This document shows, in pieces, positions 8,699 to 18,534 of a stretch of DNA of 64,000 nt. Source of the DNA: a virus (Duplodnaviria > Caudoviricetes). Location: IMG/VR virus record IMGVR_UViG_3300029319_000001, one strand, 5' to 3'. Under the pieces are notes generated by a model. It was not told the DNA's origin and ran no database searches. It saw only the letters and a list, made by a program, of their open reading frames with translations. Every line of letters begins with the position of its first letter. Within the stretch, counting starts at the first letter, position 1. Both the position numbers and the translations under genes were made by a program.

Positions 8699-10368
8699 TG
8701 GTAGCAAAAGAAGAAATTTATCTAGGTAATCCTAATTTAAAAAAGGCAAATACTGAGATACAATTTACAAAAAAACAAGTAGAAGAATGGATCAAGTGTA
8801 AACGAGATCCAATTTACTTTGCGAAAAATTATGTAAAGATAGTATCACTAGATGAAGGTCTTGTTAAATTTAAGATGTATCCTTTTCAGGAGAAATTAAT
8901 TAGAAATTTTCATGAGAGTAGATTCAATATATGCAAAATGCCTCGGCAGACTGGTAAATCTACAACTGCTGTTTCTTATCTACTACATTATGCAGTATTC
9001 AATGATAGTGTAAACATTGGTATTCTGGCAAACAAAGCAGCAACTGCAAGAGAACTATTAGGTAGATTACAAACTGCATATGAGAATTTACCTAAATGGA
9101 TGCAACAGGGTATTATATCTTGGAACAAAGGATCATTGGAGTTAGAAAATGGATCTAAAATACTTGCAGCATCTACCTCTGCATCTGCAGTTAGGGGTAT
9201 GTCTTTCAACATTCTATTTTTGGATGAGTTTGCCTTTGTGCCTAATCATATTGCTGACGCATTCTTCAGCTCAGTATATCCTACTATCACTTCTGGTAAA
9301 ACAACCAAAGTCATAATGGTTTCTACTCCTCACGGAATGAACCATTTTTATAGGTATTGGCATAATGCTCAACGAGGAAAGAATGAATACACACCAACTG
9401 AAGTTCACTGGTCAGAAGTGCCAGGTAGAGATGCTAGTTGGAAAGCACAAACTATTTCAAACACATCAGAGCAACAGTTTAAAGTTGAGTTTGAGTGTGA
9501 GTTCTTAGGATCTGTTGACACGCTTATAGCAGTTTCTAAATTAAGAACATTAGTATTTGAAGATCCTATACAGGATAATGGTAAAGGATTAGTTGTATAC
9601 GAAGCACCACAAAAAGATCACAACTATATCATAACTGTTGATACTGCTAGGGGTATAGATCATGACTATTCTGCCTTTGTGGTATTTGATATTACTCAGT
9701 TCCCATATAGGACAGTAGCAAGATATAAGAACAATGAAATAAAACCTATGCTATTTCCTTCTATAATTGAGGATATGTGTAAAGCATATAATTATGCATA
9801 TGCTTTGATAGAAGTAAATGATATAGGAGAACAGGTTGCAACTATACTTCAATATGATTTGGAATATGAGAATGTTCTCATGTGTTCTATGAGAGGTAGA
9901 AATGGTCAAGTAGTTGGATCTGGATTCTCTGGTAAGAAAACACAAATGGGTGTTAGAATGACACAGGCAGTTAAGAAGACTGGATGCTCTAATTTAAAAG
10001 CGTTGATTGAAGAGGATAAACTAGAAACTAAAGATTATGATATAATATCAGAGTTGACTACCTTCATACAAAAGAAGCAATCATGGGAGGCAGAAGAAGG
10101 TTGCCACGATGACTTAGCAATGTGCTTAGTTATCTTTGCATGGTTAGTTGCTCAAGATTACTTCAGAGAAATGACGGACAATGATGTTCGTAAAAGAATA
10201 TATGAAGAACAGAAAGAGCAAATAGAACAAGATATGGCACCATTTGGATTTATTAGTGATGGACTAACTGATGATGAGTTTGTCGATGATGAAGGAACTA
10301 AGTGGACAGTAGACAAAGAGATGTCATCAACATATGGTGATATGTCTTACATGTGGGATTATTACTAA
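8698..10368 (+). CDS. gp17: Terminase large subunit gp17
   Basis: Walker A PRQTGKST, Walker B ILFLDEFAF, STPHGMNHFY, nuclease CHDDLAM. Confidence 0.98.
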   Translation: MVAKEEIYLGNPNLKKANTEIQFTKKQVEEWIKCKRDPIYFAKNYVKIVSLDEGLVKFKMYPFQEKLIRNFHESRFNICKMPRQTGKSTTAVSYLLHYAVFNDSVNIGILANKAATARELLGRLQTAYENLPKWMQQGIISWNKGSLELENGSKILAASTSASAVRGMSFNILFLDEFAFVPNHIADAFFSSVYPTITSGKTTKVIMVSTPHGMNHFYRYWHNAQRGKNEYTPTEVHWSEVPGRDASWKAQTISNTSEQQFKVEFECEFLGSVDTLIAVSKLRTLVFEDPIQDNGKGLVVYEAPQKDHNYIITVDTARGIDHDYSAFVVFDITQFPYRTVARYKNNEIKPMLFPSIIEDMCKAYNYAYALIEVNDIGEQVATILQYDLEYENVLMCSMRGRNGQVVGSGFSGKKTQMGVRMTQAVKKTGCSNLKALIEEDKLETKDYDIISELTTFIQKKQSWEAEEGCHDDLAMCLVIFAWLVAQDYFREMTDNDVRKRIYEEQKEQIEQDMAPFGFISDGLTDDEFVDDEGTKWTVDKEMSSTYGDMSYMWDYY

Positions 10369-10475
10369 TGTTTAAACATTTGAAACTAAAAAGATTATTA
10401 CAAAAATCATTTCCAAAGAAAAAAATAACTATAATAGATAATAAAGACGGATCACAAACAATTTCAATATTATGA
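10368..10475 (+). CDS. Small basic hypothetical protein (35 aa, not in ORF track)
   Basis: TAATG coupling with gp17 stop and ATGA coupling to next gene; MFKHLKLKRLLQKSFPKKKITIIDNKDGSQTISIL. Confidence 0.5.
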   Translation: MFKHLKLKRLLQKSFPKKKITIIDNKDGSQTISIL

Positions 10476-10735
10476 TATTCGCATTCATACTATCACTATT
10501 TGCTAATCATCTACCAGTAATGTATGTGCAAGTGCCCCAGTGGGCAGATGATTGGGCAGTGTGTGCTGTAGATATACCTGATGCTAAGTGTCATTGGTAT
10601 GTTATGTCACCCGACAATACATTTGGCGAAGGATTTGATTGGGAAGAAGCACCTTGGTTTGATGCTAATGGATTAAATGATATTGCACCAATGCAAGCAA
10701 AGACAGTTGTAGAAAAATTACAGGAACAAAAATGA
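10472..10735 (+). CDS. Hypothetical Trp-rich protein with N-terminal hydrophobic segment
   Basis: ORF track; coupled overlaps on both sides. Confidence 0.7.
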   Translation: MIFAFILSLFANHLPVMYVQVPQWADDWAVCAVDIPDAKCHWYVMSPDNTFGEGFDWEEAPWFDANGLNDIAPMQAKTVVEKLQEQK

Positions 10736-11172
10736 GAATAGTTATTGTTAGTGGTGGATTTGATCCTATCCATAGTGGACACATTGAACATTTTAAAGAG
10801 GCAAAGAAATTAGGAGACATTCTTATAGTAGGATTAAACTCCGATGAATGGTTAACTAGAAAGAAGGGTAAACCATTTATGCCAATAGAAGAAAGGTTGT
10901 CAGTTATTAGAGAATTGAGAATGGTTGATAGTGCTGTAGCATTTAATGACGATGACAACAGTTCTATAGATCTCATCAAAAAAACTTTAGTGTTATTTGA
11001 TGATGTTTTATTTGCTAATGGTGGAGATAGGACTCAGGATAATATACCTGAGATAGATGCATTTGATAAAGATCCTAGAGTGCAATTTGCATTTGGGGTT
11101 GGTGGTACACACAAACAAAACTCTAGCAGTTGGATCTTAAAAGAATGGACTTCACCGAAGAATTCGATCTAG
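10732..11172 (+). CDS. Cytidylyl/nucleotidyltransferase (RfaE/TagD-like)
   Basis: SGGFDPIHSGH (HIGH motif), GLNSDEWL, ANGGDR, SSSWIL. Confidence 0.88.
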   Translation: MRIVIVSGGFDPIHSGHIEHFKEAKKLGDILIVGLNSDEWLTRKKGKPFMPIEERLSVIRELRMVDSAVAFNDDDNSSIDLIKKTLVLFDDVLFANGGDRTQDNIPEIDAFDKDPRVQFAFGVGGTHKQNSSSWILKEWTSPKNSI

Positions 11173-11372
11173 GTCATCTAGTTCTCCAAGAGAGAAAATG
11201 TAGATGCTGTAAAAAAGTAAAAGATTTACTAACAGAATTTTATAAGACTCATAAAGATAGAGGGAGCGTAGCATCTTCTTACTCATACGAGTGTAAGGAA
11301 TGTACAAAGAAAAGAATAAAATTAAAAAGAAAAAAGTTAGATAATAATATTTGGATGTATCCTGATTGGTAA
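11145..11372 (+). CDS. Small Cys-rich (zinc-binding) hypothetical protein
   Basis: CRCC...FYKT...YSYECKEC; likely start at ATG 11145. Confidence 0.7.
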   Translation: MDFTEEFDLGHLVLQERKCRCCKKVKDLLTEFYKTHKDRGSVASSYSYECKECTKKRIKLKRKKLDNNIWMYPDW

Positions 11373-11411
11373 TGTTCACCCAGTGTTTCCCCGATGAAAA
11401 CACCTTAAACA

Positions 11412-11418
11412 ATAAATA
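11412..11418 (+). promoter_or_regulatory. Late (gp55-type) promoter ATAAATA for gp18
   Basis: ATAAATA followed by GAGGAG RBS before gp18. Confidence 0.7.
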
Positions 11419-11453
11419 ATCTTAGGAATTTAGAATTCACCGAGGAGAAAAAG

Positions 11454-13835
11454 ATGCCCCTGAATTTAGCATCTCCAGGAATAATTGTAAAGGAAATTGA
11501 CTTAACCAATGGTAGAGTAGATCCTACATCTACAAAGTCTGGTGGTTTAGTTGCTCCCTTTGCGAAAGGACCTGTAGAAAAACCAACCCTTATAGAAACA
11601 GAAGCGGATCTTCTCGATACCTTCGGTTCACCATATAGGGACAGCAATCATTACGAATACTGGTTAACTGCCTCATCATATCTTGCATATGGTGGTGTGC
11701 TACAGGTTGTTCGTTCAAATGAATCTGGTTTGAAGAATGCCTTTGTTGGTACTGCTTCAAGCGTAATCATCAAAAGTGGTGACGATTATGTGACCAAAGG
11801 ATATGCAGAGAATAACATTTCTAATGTTGTGTTTGCTGCTAAGAATCCTGGTTCATGGGGTAACGGTCTTAAGGTAGCAATGATAGATGGTCTTGCTGAT
11901 CAAATATTAACTGGTATCGCTACTGTCTCTGTTTTAGGTTTCTCATCAACTGCTAATGGTGGTCTTGCTGCTGTCGCTGGATATGAAGATGGTTTATCTC
12001 CAATAGATTTAACAGTTGGTCTCGGTGTAACACAAGCAATCCCTGCTAATACTGTGATAGCAGGTGCTGGTTCAACATCAGTTCTTGATGGATATCTTAA
12101 AGGGGTAATCACTGAAGTTGGAACAGGTCAAGTATCAGTTAAAGTAGTATCTCATGTTAGTGCTGCTGGTACTGAAACTTCAGTAGACTACACACCTGGT
12201 GGAGTTTATGCATTCACAGAAACAGGTAATGCAAGCGGTGGTATTCATGTTCATGTACAATCTGCTATCGGTAGTGGTAAGTTAGGTTGGCAAGCAAGCA
12301 CAGTTTCATACGGATCTAGTTTTGGTAGTGGTAATTTCTTATCTGCTTTAACAGGTGCTGGTGTTACTGTTGGTGATAACCGTTATCTTGCTGCACAAGA
12401 ATTTGCTCCTGGTACTCTTGATTATACTGGAGAGAAAGATTGGTTCGATAGCCAATGGTTCACATTAACAGACGGAGAGAAAATTTACTGGAATAACTTA
12501 GCTGAAAGACCAGGAACTTCTAATTATGCAAAAGAGAGAAACTCTAAGAATGATGAAGTTCATGTAGTTGTCTATGATGACTCAGGTAAGATTACTGGTA
12601 ATGCAGGTACTCTTCTCGACAAGTTTACTACTACCTCTAAAGCAAAAGATGCTATCTACTCAGTAGGTAATGCACAATACTATAGAAAGGTTATTGAAAT
12701 AGGTAGTCCAAATATATTTGCTGGTGGTGCTCCAGCTGGAGTTATCACTACTGATCTTGATGCAGATTTCAACCCTGTATCTGATGTAGCATGGGATCAG
12801 GATACTGAAAATATTTCCTTTGCTGCGATTGGAAATTATGTAGCATCACTCTCAGGTGGTACAGATTACGGTGGAAAAACAACCATCGATACAACTGATG
12901 CACTAAAAGTAACAGTTGGAGATCTTTCAGAAGGATATGATCTTTTAGCAAATAAAGATGCATACCCACTAGATTTCCTTATCATGGGATCTGGTGCTCA
13001 TGGTAAAGAAGAAACTCAAGCACTTGCTAATAAGTTAATTGCTGTTGCTGAAATTAGAAAAGACTGTGTAGCATGTATCTCTCCTCACAGACAAGCATTC
13101 TTAGCTTCTTCTGGAGATGGAGAAGATTTGACACTTAAGTCAGATACAATTACATCTGCAATTATTAGTTTCTATTCAGCGATTTCATCATCTTCTTATG
13201 CCATATTTGATAGTGGTTACAAGTACATGTATGATCGCTTCAGTAAACAGTTCCGCTATGTACCTCTAAACGGAGACATTGCAGGTATCTGTGCTAGAAA
13301 CGATATCAACAACTTCCCTTGGTTCTCACCAGGCGGAACACAAAGAGGATCAATCCTCAATGCTGTTAAGTTAGCATACAACCCAACTCAAGTAGAAAGA
13401 GACAAACTTTACTCTTCTAGAGTAAACCCAGTTATCTTCTCACCTGGTGCTGGTATCATCTTATTTGGTGATAAAACAGGTCTTGGTAGAGCATCAGCAT
13501 TCGATAGAATTAATGTTCGTCGTTTGTTTATCTTCCTAGAAAAAGCAATCGCTGCTGCTGCAAAAGATCAACTATTTGAATTCAACGATGAGATTACAAG
13601 AATTAACTTCATCAATATCGTTGAACCTTTCTTGAGAGATGTACAATCTAAGAGAGGTATCACAGACTTCGTTTTAGTTTGTGATGAAACAAATAACACT
13701 GCTGCAATTATTGACAGTAACGAATTCGTTGCTGACATTTACATCAAGCCAGCAAGATCTATCAACTTCATCGGTCTTACATTCGTTGCTACACGCACAG
13801 GTGTTAGCTTTGAAGAAGTTATTGGTCGAGTTTGA
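11454..13835 (+). CDS. gp18: Tail sheath protein gp18
   Basis: SPGIIVKEID...WFSPGGTQRG...AFDRINVRRLF...IKPARSINFIGLTFVATRTG. Confidence 0.97.
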   Translation: MPLNLASPGIIVKEIDLTNGRVDPTSTKSGGLVAPFAKGPVEKPTLIETEADLLDTFGSPYRDSNHYEYWLTASSYLAYGGVLQVVRSNESGLKNAFVGTASSVIIKSGDDYVTKGYAENNISNVVFAAKNPGSWGNGLKVAMIDGLADQILTGIATVSVLGFSSTANGGLAAVAGYEDGLSPIDLTVGLGVTQAIPANTVIAGAGSTSVLDGYLKGVITEVGTGQVSVKVVSHVSAAGTETSVDYTPGGVYAFTETGNASGGIHVHVQSAIGSGKLGWQASTVSYGSSFGSGNFLSALTGAGVTVGDNRYLAAQEFAPGTLDYTGEKDWFDSQWFTLTDGEKIYWNNLAERPGTSNYAKERNSKNDEVHVVVYDDSGKITGNAGTLLDKFTTTSKAKDAIYSVGNAQYYRKVIEIGSPNIFAGGAPAGVITTDLDADFNPVSDVAWDQDTENISFAAIGNYVASLSGGTDYGGKTTIDTTDALKVTVGDLSEGYDLLANKDAYPLDFLIMGSGAHGKEETQALANKLIAVAEIRKDCVACISPHRQAFLASSGDGEDLTLKSDTITSAIISFYSAISSSSYAIFDSGYKYMYDRFSKQFRYVPLNGDIAGICARNDINNFPWFSPGGTQRGSILNAVKLAYNPTQVERDKLYSSRVNPVIFSPGAGIILFGDKTGLGRASAFDRINVRRLFIFLEKAIAAAAKDQLFEFNDEITRINFINIVEPFLRDVQSKRGITDFVLVCDETNNTAAIIDSNEFVADIYIKPARSINFIGLTFVATRTGVSFEEVIGRV

Positions 13836-13870
13836 TCTAACTTTATTAAAATCCCAGAGGTAAACATTAA

Positions 13871-14491
13871 ATGGCCATTACTAACCAAAACCCACCTAAG
13901 ACCGCCGATAGGACAATTGACAAATTTAAGTCAAGGTTGTCAGGTGGTATCGCAAGACCTAACCTGTTTGAGGTTGTACTTGCATTCCCAGACGGAGTAG
14001 TTGATGCTAGTGTCAACGATCTAGATTCAAAAGCTAGATTCTTAGTTAAGTCTGCTGCACTTCCAGCGTCTAACATTGCTCCAATAGTAGTACCTTTTAG
14101 AGGTAGACAGTTAAAAATTGCAGGTGACAGAACATTCGATGAATGGCAAATCACTGTAATCAACGATTCAGATTTTGCTATCCGTTCTTCTTTCGAGAGA
14201 TGGATGAACTCAATGGCAAAAGTTTCAGATACATCTGGTAATACTAACCCAGAAGATTATACTAGAGATGCTTATGTCTATCAGTTAGGTAGATCTGCTG
14301 TTACTCCAAACTCACAGGAGTCTGCATCAAATATGCCTATTCTTAGAACATATAAATTCTATAGTGTGTTCCCAACACAGGTATCTCAGTTGGATCTTTC
14401 ATACGATAACTCTGATGCTGTTGAAGAATTTACAGTTAATCTCCAAGTACAGTGGTGGGAAGCTGCTGGAAATGGTGGAGATGTGGCCTGA
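13871..14491 (+). CDS. gp19: Tail tube protein gp19
   Basis: GGIARPNLFEV...FRGRQLKIAGDRTFDEW...FPTQVSQLDLSYD...VEEFTV. Confidence 0.97.
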   Translation: MAITNQNPPKTADRTIDKFKSRLSGGIARPNLFEVVLAFPDGVVDASVNDLDSKARFLVKSAALPASNIAPIVVPFRGRQLKIAGDRTFDEWQITVINDSDFAIRSSFERWMNSMAKVSDTSGNTNPEDYTRDAYVYQLGRSAVTPNSQESASNMPILRTYKFYSVFPTQVSQLDLSYDNSDAVEEFTVNLQVQWWEAAGNGGDVA

Positions 14492-14497
14492 TAAATA
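14491..14497 (+). promoter_or_regulatory. Late promoter ATAAATA for gp20
   Basis: Exact motif immediately upstream of portal gene. Confidence 0.7.
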
Positions 14498-14524
14498 AGA
14501 ATATAAGTTAGTAAAAAACTAGTA

Positions 14525-16228
14525 ATGGCGAAACTATTTGGTTTCTCAATTGAGGATAAAGACGAAAAGAACGCCAAGGGTATAGTCAGCCCCATTCCAC
14601 CGACAGGTGAGGCTGGGGTTGATTATTATATTCAGGGTGGTTTTTCTAGTCAGGTTGTAGATCTTGAGGGTATCTACAAAACAGAACATGAACTTATAAG
14701 AAAGTATCGTGAGATGGCATTACACCCAGAGGTGGACAATGCTGTAGAAGATGTTGTAAACGAAGCAATAGTATCTGATACTAATGATTCTCCTGTAGAA
14801 ATAGACCTAGAGAATCTAAATGCAAGTGATGGTATTAAAAATATTATCCGCAAAGAATTTAAACATATTAAAGATCTTCTTGATTTCGACACAAAAAGTC
14901 ATGAGATTTTTAGAAACTGGTATGTTGACGGAAGATTATATTACAATAAAGTCATAGACATTAAAAAACCAGAAGAGGGTTTACAAGAATTAAGATATAT
15001 CGATCCTCTTAAGATGCGTTATGTGCGTAAGGAAAAGAAGAAAGATGATAAGAGTAACTTATTCAACATGCAGAATGTGCATGAGAATGATAAAGTATAC
15101 TTTCCAGAAATAGAAGAGTATTTTCTATACACACCAAAAGCACAATATCCAACTAACATTGGTGTAGCAGGTGCAGGATCAGCATTGAAAGGTATTAAAC
15201 TTGCAAAAGATTCCGTTGCATATTGTACTGCTGGATTGGTAGATAGAAATAAAGGAACTGGATTATCATACTTACATAAAGCAATCAAAGCACTTAATCA
15301 GTTAAGAATGATTGAGGACTCTCTTGTTATATACAGATTATCAAGAGCACCAGAAAGAAGAATATTTTATATTGATGTTGGTAATCTACCTAAAGTAAAG
15401 GCAGAACAATATCTCCGTGAAGTTATGATGCGTTACCGTAACAAGTTGGTATATGATTCTAATAGTGGTGAGATAAGAGACGATAAGAGAATGATGAGTA
15501 TGCTAGAAGATTTCTGGTTACCTCGTAGAGAAGGTGGTAGAGGAACTGAAATTACTACATTACCTGGCGGACAAAACTTAGGTGAACTAGCAGACATTGA
15601 ATACTTCCAGAAAAAACTTTACAGATCATTAGCAATTCCTGAGTCTAGAATTGCTGGTTCTGGAGATGGATTTAATTTAGGTAGATCATCAGAGATATTA
15701 AGAGACGAACTTAAGTTCAGCAAGTTTGTTGGTAGATTGCGTAAGCGTTTTAGTAACTTACTATTAGATCTATTAAGAACTCAACTACTTCTAAAGAATA
15801 TTATTACCCCACAAGATTGGGATACAATGAATGAGCATATACAGTTTGACTTCTTATATGATAATCATTTTGCGGAACTTAAAGATAAGGAATTAATGGA
15901 AGGTCGTTTAGGACTTTTAGGAATGATCGAACCTTATGCTGGTCGTTACTATTCTACAGAGTATATTAGAAGACAAGTACTCCGTCAAAGGGATCAAGAG
16001 ATCGTAGAAATAGATCAACAAATAGAACAAGAGATTGAAAAAGGTGTTTTACCTGATCCTAATCAACAAATGCTAGAGTTTGAACAGCAAGCTGCGATGG
16101 GTATGGGACCTGATGGTGCAGGAGGTGCGGAACAAGGTTTTGGTCCTGGTATGCCAGGTACACCAGAGCAACCACCTGGAATGCAAACACCTGCAAAATT
16201 ACCTAAATCTGGAGAAGGAGAAATCTAA
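14525..16228 (+). CDS. gp20: Portal vertex protein gp20
   Basis: YRLSRAPERRIFYIDVGNLPK...MLEDFWLPRREGGRGTEITTLPGG. Confidence 0.98.
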   Translation: MAKLFGFSIEDKDEKNAKGIVSPIPPTGEAGVDYYIQGGFSSQVVDLEGIYKTEHELIRKYREMALHPEVDNAVEDVVNEAIVSDTNDSPVEIDLENLNASDGIKNIIRKEFKHIKDLLDFDTKSHEIFRNWYVDGRLYYNKVIDIKKPEEGLQELRYIDPLKMRYVRKEKKKDDKSNLFNMQNVHENDKVYFPEIEEYFLYTPKAQYPTNIGVAGAGSALKGIKLAKDSVAYCTAGLVDRNKGTGLSYLHKAIKALNQLRMIEDSLVIYRLSRAPERRIFYIDVGNLPKVKAEQYLREVMMRYRNKLVYDSNSGEIRDDKRMMSMLEDFWLPRREGGRGTEITTLPGGQNLGELADIEYFQKKLYRSLAIPESRIAGSGDGFNLGRSSEILRDELKFSKFVGRLRKRFSNLLLDLLRTQLLLKNIITPQDWDTMNEHIQFDFLYDNHFAELKDKELMEGRLGLLGMIEPYAGRYYSTEYIRRQVLRQRDQEIVEIDQQIEQEIEKGVLPDPNQQMLEFEQQAAMGMGPDGAGGAEQGFGPGMPGTPEQPPGMQTPAKLPKSGEGEI

Positions 16229-16264
16229 TACTAATAAATAAGTTTATAACTCTAATGTTTTATT

Positions 16265-16462
16265 ATGGAAGAACTAGTCAATATGATTGCTTCGGGCAAT
16301 TCCGCAGCAGATATTAGCGACCAGATCAAAGACCTTTTATATGCAAAAGCCGCTGGTAAAGTAGACGATTCTCGTCCTGCTGCAGCAGCAAGTCTTTTTG
16401 GAAGCGTTGAAAGTGAAGAGTCCCCTGAAGTAGCAACAGCAGAAGAGGAGCCTAATGTCTAG
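16265..16462 (+). CDS. Small acidic prohead-core-region protein
   Basis: Between gp20 and gp21; ATAAATA at 16234-16240. Confidence 0.7.
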   Translation: MEELVNMIASGNSAADISDQIKDLLYAKAAGKVDDSRPAAAASLFGSVESEESPEVATAEEEPNV

Positions 16463-16727
16463 GATATTATTACTCGGTTCAGACGAGGTTAGTGTACCAA
16501 CCACGGCTGGTACTGGGGTAAGTTTTACCCAAGCAACCTGTGTTCGTCTTTACAATGGCAATGCTGCTGACAGAGTAATCACCGTTCAAGAAACTAGAGG
16601 CGGTACTGGAGTGGGTACATTCACACTCAAAGCAGGTACTACCGAAATTCTAGAAAAACAAGCAGCGTTCACAGTGTTTGCTAGTGGTGCTGATGTTAAA
16701 GGTGTAAAAGTAGGATTTACTAATTAA
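16455..16727 (+). CDS. Hypothetical protein of head module
   Basis: ORF track; overlaps previous gene, ends just before gp21. Confidence 0.7.
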   Translation: MSRILLLGSDEVSVPTTAGTGVSFTQATCVRLYNGNAADRVITVQETRGGTGVGTFTLKAGTTEILEKQAAFTVFASGADVKGVKVGFTN

Positions 16728-16731
16728 ACCA

Positions 16732-17382
16732 ATGAAACTCATTACAGAAGAAATCGAAAATGTAGAAGTTATCGTCGAAGAGCGAGGCGGTAAAAAGTCT
16801 ATGTTTATTGAGGGTATCTTCCTTCAAGGAGACTTGAAGAATCGTAATGGACGCATGTATCCGATGGACACACTCCGAAAGGAAGTTCAAAGATATAATG
16901 AAAGTTTCATATCTGGTGGTCGTGCTCTTGGCGAATTGGGTCATCCCGAAGGTCCAACCGTAAATCTAGATAGGGTCTCTCATAAAATAACTTCTCTAAG
17001 AGAAAATGGTACAAATTTCATTGGCAAGGCTAAGATCCTTGATACACCAATGGGAAGAATTGCTAAGAATCTAATCGATGAGGGTGTCAAACTAGGAGTA
17101 TCATCTCGTGGTCTTGGTACACTTACTACTAATAACGAAGGTGTTAAAATTGTTTCTGATGATTTTCATCTCGCAACTGCTGCTGATATTGTAGCTGATC
17201 CATCCGCACCTGATGCCTTTGTACAAGGTATTATGGAAGGAAAAGATTGGGTATGGGATGGTGGTATAGTAAGAGAAAGGTTTGCAGCTAAGACATATAA
17301 GAAGGTCAATACTATGGTTGACCAAAAACAACTGGAGGAGAATAAGCTAGGATTGTTCCAAAACTTCCTATCAAATCTCTAA
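16732..17382 (+). CDS. gp21: Prohead protease gp21
   Basis: NRNGRMYP...ALGELGHP...GVSSRGLG...DIVADPSAPDAFV. Confidence 0.97.
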   Translation: MKLITEEIENVEVIVEERGGKKSMFIEGIFLQGDLKNRNGRMYPMDTLRKEVQRYNESFISGGRALGELGHPEGPTVNLDRVSHKITSLRENGTNFIGKAKILDTPMGRIAKNLIDEGVKLGVSSRGLGTLTTNNEGVKIVSDDFHLATAADIVADPSAPDAFVQGIMEGKDWVWDGGIVRERFAAKTYKKVNTMVDQKQLEENKLGLFQNFLSNL

Positions 17383-17387
17383 CATTT

Positions 17388-17395
17388 TATAAATA
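17388..17395 (+). promoter_or_regulatory. Late promoter TATAAATA for gp22-gp23
   Basis: Exact T4 late consensus. Confidence 0.8.
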
Positions 17396-17434
17396 AACAT
17401 AGATTATAACAAGATCTAATCGGAGTGTTCACAA

Positions 17435-18508
17435 ATGTCCGCTAAGGAATTACAAGAAATGGAAAATCCTGTAACAAGGGGTGCGAAGTCTGGCGACGGT
17501 ATGAAGAAGGTTGATGATTCAACTTCTCCAGGAGCATCTGCGTCTTATGAAGATTTGGGAGGTCCTACCAACCAAAACTATAAGCCAGATAACGACTCAG
17601 CCAAGCTTAAAGAACCCAAAATCAAAACTGTATCTGATGTAGTAAATCGTGGAGCAGGTAAAGCTGATGCCATGCAGTCTATCGGTACAGAAGTTCTTAA
17701 GCAAGGTGACGAACCAGCTAAAGAAGATTCAGCAGAAGTAGTTGCTGAAGAAACCCCATCCGAAGAGGAGACAACTCCAACTGTGGATGTCGAGCAAGAT
17801 CTTGCTGCTCTATTTGGTGGTGAAGAACTATCAGAAGAGTTTCAAGCAAAAGCTAAAACAATCTTCGAGGCAGCAGTAACTGAAAAAGTTAACGCTGTTA
17901 AAGAAGAAATGACAGCTGAGTTTGAAAAAACAATGTCTGAACAACTTGAGTCTACTAAAGCAGACTTGATCGAAAGAACTGATGCTTATTTGGAGTATGT
18001 CTCCTCTGAGTGGATGTCTGAGAACAAGATTGAAGTAGAGCATGGACTCAAGACAGAAATGACAGAATCATTCTTAAGTGGAATGAAGAGTCTTTTTGAA
18101 GATCATTATGTATCAATCCCTGACGACAAATATGATGTATTGGAGAGTATGGTCTCCAAATTAGATGAAATGGAATCCAGACTTAACGAACAGATCGAAA
18201 CAAACATTTCTCTCAACAAACGCCTAGGTGAATCTACAGCAGATGGAATTTTCCGTGAAGTAGCCGAAGGACTTGCTGAAACACAAAAAGAAAAGTTGGG
18301 ATCGTTATCTGAGGGTGTTGAGTTTGAGAGTGAAAAAGCATACCGTGAGAAACTAGTTACACTTAGAGAATCTTATTTCCCTAGTGAAACAAAAAGTTCC
18401 CCAAATAAAGTCGAAACTCTCTCTGAGGGTGTGACTGCCGAGGGTTCAGGAACAGAAGTTAGTGGTTCAATGAGCAACTATCTTAAGGCCCTTGGAATGG
18501 CCAAATAA
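17435..18508 (+). CDS. gp22: Prohead scaffold protein gp22
   Basis: Acidic; EELSEEFQAKAKTIFEAAV...YLEYVSSEWMSEN; precedes gp23. Confidence 0.95.
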   Translation: MSAKELQEMENPVTRGAKSGDGMKKVDDSTSPGASASYEDLGGPTNQNYKPDNDSAKLKEPKIKTVSDVVNRGAGKADAMQSIGTEVLKQGDEPAKEDSAEVVAEETPSEEETTPTVDVEQDLAALFGGEELSEEFQAKAKTIFEAAVTEKVNAVKEEMTAEFEKTMSEQLESTKADLIERTDAYLEYVSSEWMSENKIEVEHGLKTEMTESFLSGMKSLFEDHYVSIPDDKYDVLESMVSKLDEMESRLNEQIETNISLNKRLGESTADGIFREVAEGLAETQKEKLGSLSEGVEFESEKAYREKLVTLRESYFPSETKSSPNKVETLSEGVTAEGSGTEVSGSMSNYLKALGMAK

Positions 18509-18534
18509 CTCGCAAATTTAATTTTCCCCGTACG

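Noticed and set aside
11384-11404. GTGTTT...AAACAC inverted repeat before gp18
   Set aside because: Only 6 bp, AT-rich, with no U tail; too weak to call.
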